Source of the DNA: Holophagae bacterium
Lineage (GTDB): Bacteria > Acidobacteriota > Holophagae > Acanthopleuribacterales > Acanthopleuribacteraceae
Reading direction: 5' to 3'
Length of the DNA stretch: 27,826 nt
NCBI GenBank assembly: GCA_050294955.1
Contig: JBNKOV010000005.1
Span: 1 to 27,826 of the forward strand
The translations under genes and the position numbers were made by a program. The notes below the pieces were generated by a model. It was not told the origin of the DNA. It made no database searches and worked only from the letters and a program-made list of their open reading frames with translations. Positions 1-7,736 of the stretch are shown in pieces. Every line of letters begins with the position of its first letter. Position 1 is the stretch's first letter.

Positions 1-39
1 AAGTATGCTTAAAATGAAAGGCTTCAAGGAGGGTCTCTT

Positions 40-894
40 ATGAAAAATAGATTATTGTTGCTGGGCGCTTCGGGCAAGATGGGCACAGCTTTAAGCCGGG
101 CCTTCTCTGATGATTATGATGTTATCCCAAAAACATCCGCTCATTTTGACGGTGCAGACGGAGCCGGAGTCACGGCTCTTATTGAGGAGACCAGGCCTCA
201 TTTGATTGTGAATGCGGTGGCCCTGCTGGGCATTGATCGCTGTGATCAGGAACCCGAATTGGCTTTTAAGTTGAATACCCTTTTACCCAAGACCTGTGCG
301 ATTATGGCAAAAAAAGTGAATGCTTGTCTGATTCACTTGAGCACAGCGGCAGTTTTTGATGGGAAGAAAAACGATTTCTACCATGAGAGTGACATCCCTT
401 CGCCTCTCAACATTTACGGGGCAACCAAGCTGGCAGGTGACGCCATGGTCAAGGCTCACCTGAAAGAGCACTACATCTTCCGTATTCCCATAATATTCGG
501 GCCATCTTCCCGGGACGATCAATTCACGGAAACCATGCTCAAAAGAGCGGTCGATGGTCAACCTCTCAGGATAGCCGATGACGTATATGATTCGCCCTCC
601 TATTCATTGGATGTGGCAGGAGAGATCAGGCAAACTGTGGTTAAACAGTCACCCTTTGGTTTATACCACATTACCAATAGGGGCAAGGCTTCGCTATATG
701 AACTGGTGTCCTATTTTGTTGAAAAAGCCGGATTGAATGTTCCTGTTCAGAGGGCTTCCTATCGAGATTTCCCTTTTGTAGGGCTAAAAAACACCAACAC
801 GCCCATGACAACCATCAAATTAAAACCATTAAGGTCCTGGCAACGGGCGGCTGATGACTATCTTGCGCTTCTTCGCAAGGAGAATCGGTTATAG
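40..894 (+). CDS. rmlD: dTDP-4-dehydrorhamnose reductase family (RmlD-like) NAD(P)-dependent sugar-nucleotide reductase
   Basis: ATG at 40 with AAGGAGGG Shine-Dalgarno 7 nt upstream. N-terminal Rossmann motif LLLGASGKMG. The segments PHLIVNAVA..DRCDQEPELAFKLNT and SPLNIYGATKLAGD (YxxxK catalytic motif) and GLYHI align with E. coli RfbD/RmlD from memory. The 3' end overlaps the convergent tkt C-subunit gene by 6 nt. Confidence 0.75.
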   Translation: MKNRLLLLGASGKMGTALSRAFSDDYDVIPKTSAHFDGADGAGVTALIEETRPHLIVNAVALLGIDRCDQEPELAFKLNTLLPKTCAIMAKKVNACLIHLSTAAVFDGKKNDFYHESDIPSPLNIYGATKLAGDAMVKAHLKEHYIFRIPIIFGPSSRDDQFTETMLKRAVDGQPLRIADDVYDSPSYSLDVAGEIRQTVVKQSPFGLYHITNRGKASLYELVSYFVEKAGLNVPVQRASYRDFPFVGLKNTNTPMTTIKLKPLRSWQRAADDYLALLRKENRL

Positions 895-1818
895 ATTTTT
901 GAGTTTCTTCAAAATTCTTGAAACAACCGAATCGCGGTCCAAGCCGAAGCGGGCAAAGAGGTTTTCTTGCCGGCCATAAGTATCTGGAAACATATCGGGT
1001 ATGCCAATACGCTCAAAGACTCCTTTTGGATGACGGGTGCCCTCGGCTACACATTCCGCTACGGCAGAACCGAGCCCGCCGATGACATTGTGTTCCTCCA
1101 GAGTAAAAACACATCGGGCTTTTTCTAGGCACGGATCCAGGGTTTCCCTGTCAAGAGGTTTTACGGTGTGAAGGTGGACAATGCCCGTTGTAATATTGTG
1201 TTTGGATAGATCTTCCGCAACACCCAAGGCAACTTGAAGGGTTACGCCCGTGGTAACCAGGAGCACATCACCAGGCTCTTTGTGAACAACGGCTCTGCCT
1301 AACTCGAAGGGGTCTTTGGCTTTGGAGACAATGGGATCTCCGCCTCTGGCTACTCTGATGTAAACGGGACCGGGATAGTCTCTTGTGGCCAAAACGCCTC
1401 GTTCCATTTCATCTGCGTCGCAGGGTGCGAAAACGGTCATGTTGGGAAGAGCTCGCATTAGAGCAATGTCGTCAATAGCTTCGTGAGTTGGACCCAATGG
1501 CGCATAGACCAGCCCACCGCCGTTAGCATAGAGCCGTACCTTATAATTCCCCAGGCAAACGTCCATGGCTATCTGGTCATAACATCTTCGAGTTAAGAAG
1601 GTTGCAATGGTATTCACATAGGGAACCTTGCCGTTCATGGCCAGGCCAGCCGCCATGCCAATCACATAAGCTTCCGAAATTCCTTCTACAAAGAATCGGT
1701 CCGGGTGGTTTTCCTGAAACTGGGAAAGAGTGCCCTTGCCTACGTCAGATCCAACAAAAACCACGTCATTGTGCTGGTTTGCAAGGGCGTAAACCGCCTC
1801 CAATCCTCGTTTACGCAT
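889..1818 (-). CDS. Transketolase, C-terminal (pyrimidine-binding/C-terminal domain) subunit of a split transketolase
   Basis: The translation (VFVGSDVGKGT..., FVEGISEAYVIGMAAGLAMNGKVPY, THEAIDDIALMRALPNMTV) is typical of split TktB. The ORF track extends to an upstream ATG at 1860. I chose the ATG at 1816-1818 (MRKRGLEAVYAL...), which overlaps the TAA of the upstream N-subunit gene in an ATGCGTAA arrangement typical of split tkt pairs. Confidence 0.8.
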   Translation of the reverse strand: MRKRGLEAVYALANQHNDVVFVGSDVGKGTLSQFQENHPDRFFVEGISEAYVIGMAAGLAMNGKVPYVNTIATFLTRRCYDQIAMDVCLGNYKVRLYANGGGLVYAPLGPTHEAIDDIALMRALPNMTVFAPCDADEMERGVLATRDYPGPVYIRVARGGDPIVSKAKDPFELGRAVVHKEPGDVLLVTTGVTLQVALGVAEDLSKHNITTGIVHLHTVKPLDRETLDPCLEKARCVFTLEEHNVIGGLGSAVAECVAEGTRHPKGVFERIGIPDMFPDTYGRQENLFARFGLDRDSVVSRILKKLKNL

Positions 1819-2629
1819 GGTCACGCTCCAAGTATTCAATAATTTCATTAATTTCTTCATCGGTTATTTTTGACTTGTGGTGCCAGGCCAGGTTGCCTTC
1901 CATAAATGGCACGCCCTGGCCTTTAATTGTGTGGCAAATGACGGCTGAAGGTTTGCCGGCGGAAAATGGCAGGCTCTTTAAAATGCCAATCAGAGATTCT
2001 GGATCATTCACCATGTCCGCTTCTCGAGTCTCGAACCCAAAGGCTCGCCATTTATCGGCAAAGGGCTCCATATTACAGACATCTCGGGTCTCGCCAAAGG
2101 ACATGTATTTATTGAAGTCCACAATCACGGTCAGGCTGTCAAGCCTATGTTTAGATGCGGCAAGGGCTGCTTCCCACACGGAGCCTTCATTGCACTCACC
2201 GTCGCCGAGCACCACGAAACTACGGTAGGATCGACCGTCCATGCGTGCTGCGAGTGCGAAGCCTACTGAAATGGGGAGTCCGTGACCCAGGGAACCCGTT
2301 GGCGCTTCAATGCCTGGAACCTGTTCCTCCGGGTGCCCGCCCAATATGCCGCCCGGCTTGCAAAAGGTCTTGTAGTGATCTTTTGAGAAATAACCCTTGT
2401 CCGCCAAAATAGCGAATTGGGCCATGCACCCATGGCCTTTGCTCAAAATGAACCGGTCTCTATCAGGCCAATCTGGCTCTTGGGGCCTGATGTTCATGAT
2501 ATGGTCGTAGAGGGCGACCAGAATTTCCACAATAGAAAAGGCTGGCGCTATGTGGCCTCTTCGGCCATGAACAACCATCTCCATGACTTCTCGCCTTATG
2601 GCGGCGCATCTTTTTTGAAAACTGCTCAA
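1811..2629 (-). CDS. Transketolase, N-terminal (thiamine-diphosphate-binding) subunit of a split transketolase
   Basis: AAIRREVMEMVVHGRRGHIAPAFSIVEILVALY, GHG and GDGECNEGSVWEA motifs match the TPP-binding transketolase N-terminus. The start codon is TTG at 2627-2629 (reverse complement), with an AGGGGGA Shine-Dalgarno 6 nt upstream. An internal ATG (MEMVV) would remove conserved N-terminal residues. Confidence 0.8.
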   Translation of the reverse strand: MSSFQKRCAAIRREVMEMVVHGRRGHIAPAFSIVEILVALYDHIMNIRPQEPDWPDRDRFILSKGHGCMAQFAILADKGYFSKDHYKTFCKPGGILGGHPEEQVPGIEAPTGSLGHGLPISVGFALAARMDGRSYRSFVVLGDGECNEGSVWEAALAASKHRLDSLTVIVDFNKYMSFGETRDVCNMEPFADKWRAFGFETREADMVNDPESLIGILKSLPFSAGKPSAVICHTIKGQGVPFMEGNLAWHHKSKITDEEINEIIEYLERDHA

Positions 2630-2645
2630 CAGTCTATCCCCCTGA

Positions 2646-4274
2646 CTATGCTTTGTATAGATCGTCTATCGAACGGGTTTCCGCCAATAACCGTCTGGCG
2701 GTTTGAAGGCGGGTGTTTATTAGTTCCCGTCCCAACTGTTGGGAACCTGCAAACTCCTTTCGCATTCTTTCGCCCCTGGTGAGGACATTGAGAACAATGA
2801 GAATCCACTCCAGTCCCACCAGATCGCACACGGCTAGCAAGCGGGCTTCCAATCCGGCGTCCTGTTTGCGGTGGTTAATGAATCCTTTTATGGTTTTCAT
2901 CCTCTGGTTTATGGGTTGATTATTGCCAACGTGGCGCAAATAATCACATAATAACTTTACCGGGTCGTCCCAGCCCGCATATTCGAAGTCTAGAATAATC
3001 AGGTTTCCAAGATGATCTCTCAGGCAATTATGGAGACCAAAATCTGAGGGACTGGGGAAGTGAAGTTCCAATGGCAATGGGGTTTCCAGGTCTAAATTCT
3101 TCTTCTGGCAGAAGGACTCGAAGCGACCAAGCGCTTTGTAGTAGGCTGGCTTGAATTGGTTCTTTAGAAATTCTGCCGCTTCATGGTTGTCGCCAGCTTT
3201 AGCGCAGGCTGATTCTAAATCCGCCAGGCGGCGGTCCGTATGTTTACGAAAATCGTTCAAATGCAGTCTGGCATGGGCTGCGCTTGAAATGTCTTCTCGC
3301 GCCAGTTTATGGCCCGTCTCGTCCAATTTAATCAAAAAGGGGAGGAAGTCAGCCCGGGTGGGTGGTTGTCCCTCAATGTATTCCATTAGAAAACCCCTTT
3401 GCAGACGTTTCAGCGGCGCTGGTGAAGATCCAGGTTGATGTCTGTGCAGCATTTTCAGGAATTTCCATTCACAATCAAGCCTTGGTCTATCATCTAAGGC
3501 ATTCTCAAAATACGTTTTAAGCACTCTGCGCGCCCCACTCTGGAATTCCAGGCAAAGGATAAGATTGTTGCCGCCTCGTTTGATGGTGGACCACTTTGTT
3601 AATTTCTCATTGGCGCTCCATAATCCCGGCAGATTAAGCGCAGTAATCTGGTGGTAGTTCGAACATTGGGGAATGTTGGGATGGTTCTCTCGTCCGAACA
3701 AAATGGGCCAGGTTGATTCTGGAAAGTTGGGGTGTTCGGGAACCGACGGCAAATCGTCAATAAAGACATGAGGCTGGAGGCTTTTGATTTTCTGTACCTT
3801 TTCGGTTCTCGTGCTTTCAAAAAAGATCTCACCTCGTCTAAACCCGAGCCCGCCATCCGCCATGCTCATAAAAAATTTGCGTCGGGCCAACGTGTCCAAA
3901 GCGTACTCTCTCAAATTTACGGTGGGATCTATGTTGGAAGTTGTGGTTTTATGACTCACAATGAATATTTCACAGCCCTGCTTCCTTGCCTGGCGAATAA
4001 ATTCTTCAAAACCTTTAAAGAGTCTGGCTTCATGAATGCGCTCCCCGAAAATCAGGGCTTGTATTTTCTGCCAGCGAATCTCGCCTTCCTCTGGGCTGCC
4101 AGCGACCCGTATCAGGCCCTGTTTTATGGACTGTTTTTCCTCTCCCACTGACTCCTGCAACCAGTCTTTTTCTATTGCAAGGCGCCTGGCAAGGGGTAGA
4201 TATTCCAAGATGGTATGATCCAAATCCAGGCCAATTCTAAAGGGCGTTTGAGGGGAAGTTGGGTTATTTATCAT
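2646..4274 (-). CDS. Bifunctional-looking fusion: N-terminal HAD-superfamily phosphatase domain plus C-terminal choline-kinase/aminoglycoside-phosphotransferase (APH/ChoK)-like kinase domain
   Basis: HAD motif I GLDLDHTI at residues 14-21 and motif IV VFIDDLPS. The C-terminal part carries HNCLRDHLGNLIILDFEYAGWDDP, which resembles the ChoK/APH catalytic loop plus the IDFEY motif. ATG at 4272-4274. No strong Shine-Dalgarno. Confidence 0.6.
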   Translation of the reverse strand: MINNPTSPQTPFRIGLDLDHTILEYLPLARRLAIEKDWLQESVGEEKQSIKQGLIRVAGSPEEGEIRWQKIQALIFGERIHEARLFKGFEEFIRQARKQGCEIFIVSHKTTTSNIDPTVNLREYALDTLARRKFFMSMADGGLGFRRGEIFFESTRTEKVQKIKSLQPHVFIDDLPSVPEHPNFPESTWPILFGRENHPNIPQCSNYHQITALNLPGLWSANEKLTKWSTIKRGGNNLILCLEFQSGARRVLKTYFENALDDRPRLDCEWKFLKMLHRHQPGSSPAPLKRLQRGFLMEYIEGQPPTRADFLPFLIKLDETGHKLAREDISSAAHARLHLNDFRKHTDRRLADLESACAKAGDNHEAAEFLKNQFKPAYYKALGRFESFCQKKNLDLETPLPLELHFPSPSDFGLHNCLRDHLGNLIILDFEYAGWDDPVKLLCDYLRHVGNNQPINQRMKTIKGFINHRKQDAGLEARLLAVCDLVGLEWILIVLNVLTRGERMRKEFAGSQQLGRELINTRLQTARRLLAETRSIDDLYKA

Positions 4275-4316
4275 GAAAATTTAAATGTCATCCTGTATTT
4301 AGAATGAATTCCTTCG

Positions 4317-5843
4317 TTATTTTAACAGGGTTACCATGTATTTGAACAGGGCTGTGGGTGAGATAGCCTCGCGGTTGCACATGATTCGAACATCAAGCGC
4401 TGCTGCTGCGGCTCCAGCAAAAGCAGCCATTTCCGGGGCCATTCCGCCGCCCAGACAGATACCAGAAATAGACAGGAATGCATCGCCCGCACCAACACGG
4501 TCTACAACTTGGATGGACAAAGCCGGAACCTGGTAGGAAAGGCGTTCCTGCATGCTTCTCATTACAAGGCCTCTTGCTCCCATGGTCGTGGTGATGAATG
4601 AAGCTTGCACCCGTTCGGCGACCATCTGGGCCACCTCTTCTAAAGGGCCGTACCGATTGTGGACAGCCAAGCGAAGCTCTGGCTCGTTTAGGGAGACATA
4701 ATCAACTCGGGGGTAGCGGTTTACGGTGTGATAACCCCTGTTGCCACTGTTGATTTGAGTATTTACAGCCAAAAATTTTGCATGTTTGGAGATGACCTGG
4801 GCCATGGCGTCTGTGATGAAGCCGTTTCCGAAATCGGGAACTATAACAGCATCAAAGCTCCCTAGATTCCTCTCCAACCAATGGCAAATTTCCAATTCCA
4901 GCTCCCTCGCCGGCGGCTTGTCTTCATAGTCATAGACTTCAAAGAGCTTTTGGGCGTCGGGGTCTACGTACCGGCTTTTGAGGATGGTGGGGGCGTCTTC
5001 TCGAAAAAAGAAAATTGGATCGATATTGGGAGCCAGTTTAGATCGAATAAAGGACTCGTAGCTGTTCCTTTCGCCAAGGCCGGTCACCAGGGTTGTTTTT
5101 GAGCAAAACCCTGAGATATGATTGGCTACAGCCAGAGAGCCCCCTGCAAAAAGCTCAGAGCTTTTGTGTTTCACCGCAAAAATATTGCCTTTTCCGGTCT
5201 GGCCCAAATTCTCCGTGTAATTGTACTCATCTACTATGGCGTCTCCCACCACGCAAATATTCAGGTTTTCAAGAGCCTTGATGGCGTCTATAACCTGGTC
5301 GCTGGTGTAGCGTTCTCCGAAATGGCGAAGAAAATCTTTAACGTCTGAAGGAAAGACACTAAAGTGAGCATTCAGCAACTTGCTGGAACTGAAGGTGATC
5401 TCGTCTGTATAAACGGTCTGCCCGCCAATTTCCTCCACAGCATTGCGTTCCTTCAGAATATTCCCGGTAATGTCGTCACCGGGTTTTTGATAATCGCTTC
5501 CTTTGGCGAAGATATGTGGCTTCACTGCCCTGATTGCTGGGATAGCGGTGACTTCTCGTATCAGGCCGACGTAATCAACGCATTCCAGGGCGGCCATATT
5601 TTCACAGCGTAGCATTTCATTGAATACCGGGCGGCCCGGCCCCTTGCTTACAAAGGCATCTGCCGTTAAGGTCACGAAAAGCGCGTCGCCTTCTTCCCTC
5701 GCTCGCTGTAAATGTCGGATATGGCCAACGTGGATGAGGTCGAAGGTTCCGTGACAGAGCACCAGTTTCTTGCCCTGGTTGCGAAGCTCGTCGGCTTTTT
5801 TTTCTAAAAGGTCCAGCTCCAATATCTTGGATTCGCTAGTCAT
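4317..5843 (-). CDS. hldE: HldE-like bifunctional heptose 7-phosphate kinase / heptose 1-phosphate nucleotidyltransferase with reversed domain order (N-terminal cytidylyltransferase-like, C-terminal pfkB kinase)
   Basis: N-terminal LVLCHGTFDLIHVGHIRHL...GDALFVTLTAD...KGSDY aligns with RfaE/HldE domain II (HxGH nucleotidyltransferase). The C-terminus carries the pfkB/ribokinase signature DRVGAGDAF. The ATG overlaps the gmhA stop in an ATGA arrangement. Confidence 0.8.
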   Translation of the reverse strand: MTSESKILELDLLEKKADELRNQGKKLVLCHGTFDLIHVGHIRHLQRAREEGDALFVTLTADAFVSKGPGRPVFNEMLRCENMAALECVDYVGLIREVTAIPAIRAVKPHIFAKGSDYQKPGDDITGNILKERNAVEEIGGQTVYTDEITFSSSKLLNAHFSVFPSDVKDFLRHFGERYTSDQVIDAIKALENLNICVVGDAIVDEYNYTENLGQTGKGNIFAVKHKSSELFAGGSLAVANHISGFCSKTTLVTGLGERNSYESFIRSKLAPNIDPIFFFREDAPTILKSRYVDPDAQKLFEVYDYEDKPPARELELEICHWLERNLGSFDAVIVPDFGNGFITDAMAQVISKHAKFLAVNTQINSGNRGYHTVNRYPRVDYVSLNEPELRLAVHNRYGPLEEVAQMVAERVQASFITTTMGARGLVMRSMQERLSYQVPALSIQVVDRVGAGDAFLSISGICLGGGMAPEMAAFAGAAAAALDVRIMCNREAISPTALFKYMVTLLK

Positions 5844-6430
5844 AGGCTGGCAGCCTCCGTTTTGAAGCGGTCGAGAAGATGATGAAGCAGGAATAGGTGG
5901 CCTATTTCAACAAAACCGTAATCAACGGCGTCGAGCCAGAGATTAATAACGCCCTTCTTCCTTAATGGATTGTCCGCCTTGAATCCACTTAAGGTAATGG
6001 CCTGGCCGCCCTTTCCAACGATTGCGTCCACAGCTTTGCAGATATTGGCGGACTGGCCCGAGCTACTAATGGCAATGAGCATATCGCCTGGTCTCGCCTG
6101 GTTCTCCACGATGCGGGCATAGGCGTTTTCGTAGCCATAGTCATTGGCCATACAGGTCAAAAGGGATGGATCGTGTAGAGCAAAGGCTCTAATCTTCCCG
6201 CAGTTTACGAAATCGTTTACCATATGAGCCGCCACCGCGGCGCTACCGCCATTTCCCATGATATACAGGCAGCAATGATTCTTTTTAACAGTTTCAAGAG
6301 TATCCAGGCAAAGTTGGATGCCCTGTTCGGTTTCCAGTCTGGCTCCAGAGGCGTTGGTGATGGCGACATCGGTTAGCACAGATTGGAACTGACTTGTTTT
6401 TGTAGAAAAAACCGTGGAAGGCTCTGTCAT
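5840..6430 (-). CDS. gmhA: D-sedoheptulose-7-phosphate isomerase (SIS domain, GmhA)
   Basis: GNGGSAAVAAHMVNDF and ISSSGQSANI SIS-domain motifs match GmhA. Size 196 aa. ATGA overlap with the upstream epimerase gene. Confidence 0.85.
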   Translation of the reverse strand: MTEPSTVFSTKTSQFQSVLTDVAITNASGARLETEQGIQLCLDTLETVKKNHCCLYIMGNGGSAAVAAHMVNDFVNCGKIRAFALHDPSLLTCMANDYGYENAYARIVENQARPGDMLIAISSSGQSANICKAVDAIVGKGGQAITLSGFKADNPLRKKGVINLWLDAVDYGFVEIGHLFLLHHLLDRFKTEAASL

Positions 6431-7419
6431 TTCGAATCCCCCAGATATTTGAACCAGGAAGCGGTTGCCTCTTCAATGGAGCCGGAATCCCAAACGGGCG
6501 CGTCTGACCAGTCTTTAATATGGTTGAGCATGACTTCAACTCCGTCTTCAAAAGAGACTTGCGGCTTCCAGTTCAACAACCTCTTGATTTTTGAAATATC
6601 GGCAAAAGTACAATCGGGCTCGCCGGGCCTTTTGGGCACATAAACAACTTCGCCGCCCAGTAGCGTTACAAGGTGGTTTACGCTGTAATGCCCTCCGCTG
6701 CCAACGTTCATTGCCTCACCTGAACATGAAGATTCCGCGGCGGCCAGGAATGCGGACGCCACATCACTTACAAAAGTGAAATCTCTGGACTGCTTGCCGT
6801 CGCCAACCACAGTAAAGGGTTTGCCGCCCAACTTCTGAGCAAGGAAAACGCCGAAAACGGCGCCATAGGCTCCGGTCGTTCTGGATCTTGGGCCAAACAC
6901 GTTAAATAGGCGTAAGGACAGGGCCGGCATATGGTAGACCTTCGCCCAGTGCATGACCAATTCTTCACCCAGGTACTTGCTCAATGCGTAGGGATATTGG
7001 GGTTGGATAGGCGTTGTTTCGGGTGTTGGAAACACATTGGGTATGCCATAACAGGAGGCTGAGGCTGCATAGAGAAATCGTTTCACCTTTGCGTCCCGGG
7101 CAGCCTCCAACACGTTAAATGTGCCTGTCACGTTGTTGTGGTAATAGGCTTCGGGCTGTTCAATGGAGGGCACAATATCTGCCAGGCCAGCGAGATGGAA
7201 CACCCAGTCCACGCCGTCCATAATGGGTTTTAATGAAGCCTTATCTGTGACATCTGCCTTATGGAATGAAAAATGAGGATGTTCTTTGAATTGAGCCACA
7301 TTGGCGAGACGACCCGTCACAAGACTGTCTACACTACGAACCTGATGGCCGTGTTCAAGAAGACATGCGGTGAGGTGACTGCCGATAAAACCCGCGCCGC
7401 CTGTTACTAGAGCTTTCAT
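6427..7419 (-). CDS. NAD-dependent sugar-nucleotide epimerase (extended SDR; HldD/GalE/UXS-like), first gene of the heptose operon
   Basis: MKALVTGGAGFIGSHL Rossmann motif, SASCYG and the catalytic YALSK (YxxxK). It lacks the TDE dyad of 4,6-dehydratases, so it is an epimerase- or decarboxylase-like enzyme rather than a dehydratase. Confidence 0.7.
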   Translation of the reverse strand: MKALVTGGAGFIGSHLTACLLEHGHQVRSVDSLVTGRLANVAQFKEHPHFSFHKADVTDKASLKPIMDGVDWVFHLAGLADIVPSIEQPEAYYHNNVTGTFNVLEAARDAKVKRFLYAASASCYGIPNVFPTPETTPIQPQYPYALSKYLGEELVMHWAKVYHMPALSLRLFNVFGPRSRTTGAYGAVFGVFLAQKLGGKPFTVVGDGKQSRDFTFVSDVASAFLAAAESSCSGEAMNVGSGGHYSVNHLVTLLGGEVVYVPKRPGEPDCTFADISKIKRLLNWKPQVSFEDGVEVMLNHIKDWSDAPVWDSGSIEEATASWFKYLGDSK

Positions 7420-7590
7420 GTATGAATCCTTTCAACTCAAGAGAAGAGAGTTGGGGATGAAAAGCCCTATGCTGAGGAGCTCAGGTTATCCCCTTTGTTT
7501 CAGAGTGCTTATCGGTCAGGTTCATCACAAGCTTTAGCAAGAGCTTGGAAAAAACGCAGAGCCTCCATGATCACTGGATCATGCAGGCGC

Positions 7591-7619
7591 ATTTTAGCCT
7601 AAAAACACGACAAAACCAA
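7591..7619 (-). promoter_or_regulatory. Candidate sigma70 promoter for the heptose operon: -35 TTGGTT and -10 TAAAAT with a 17-nt spacer, on the minus strand
   Basis: Reverse complement of 7614-7619 is TTGGTT and of 7591-7596 is TAAAAT, with a 17-nt spacer, about 165 nt upstream of the epimerase ATG. This rests on sequence pattern only. Confidence 0.2.
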
Positions 7620-7736
7620 AGGGCCAAGCCCATGTTTTCTCAAAAGATCTATTTCACCTGAGCCAAATGCAGCTTTTGACTGCAAAGAAACCAGGCCAAA
7701 AAATTCAGGAAATAGGATCTCCCAAACCCTTTGGGG

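Noticed and set aside
1900-1920. TGGCACGCCCTGGCC resembling the -24 element of a sigma54 promoter
   Set aside because: It lies inside the transketolase coding sequence and lacks the TTGC -12 element.
1602-2412. Plus-strand ORFs of 208 aa and 85 aa inside the transketolase genes
   Set aside because: They are antisense to strongly conserved transketolase coding sequence and have no motifs.
3599-4218. Several 60-140-aa ORFs on both strands within the HAD-kinase gene
   Set aside because: They overlap a long ORF with clear HAD and kinase motifs. They are short and lack motifs.
7695-7736. CCCAAA-GGG-TTTGGG hairpin directly after the NSS transporter stop with a T-run on the minus strand
   Set aside because: The stem is only 6 bp and the U-tract starts about 15 nt after it. 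It is too weak and too far apart to call a terminator with confidence.
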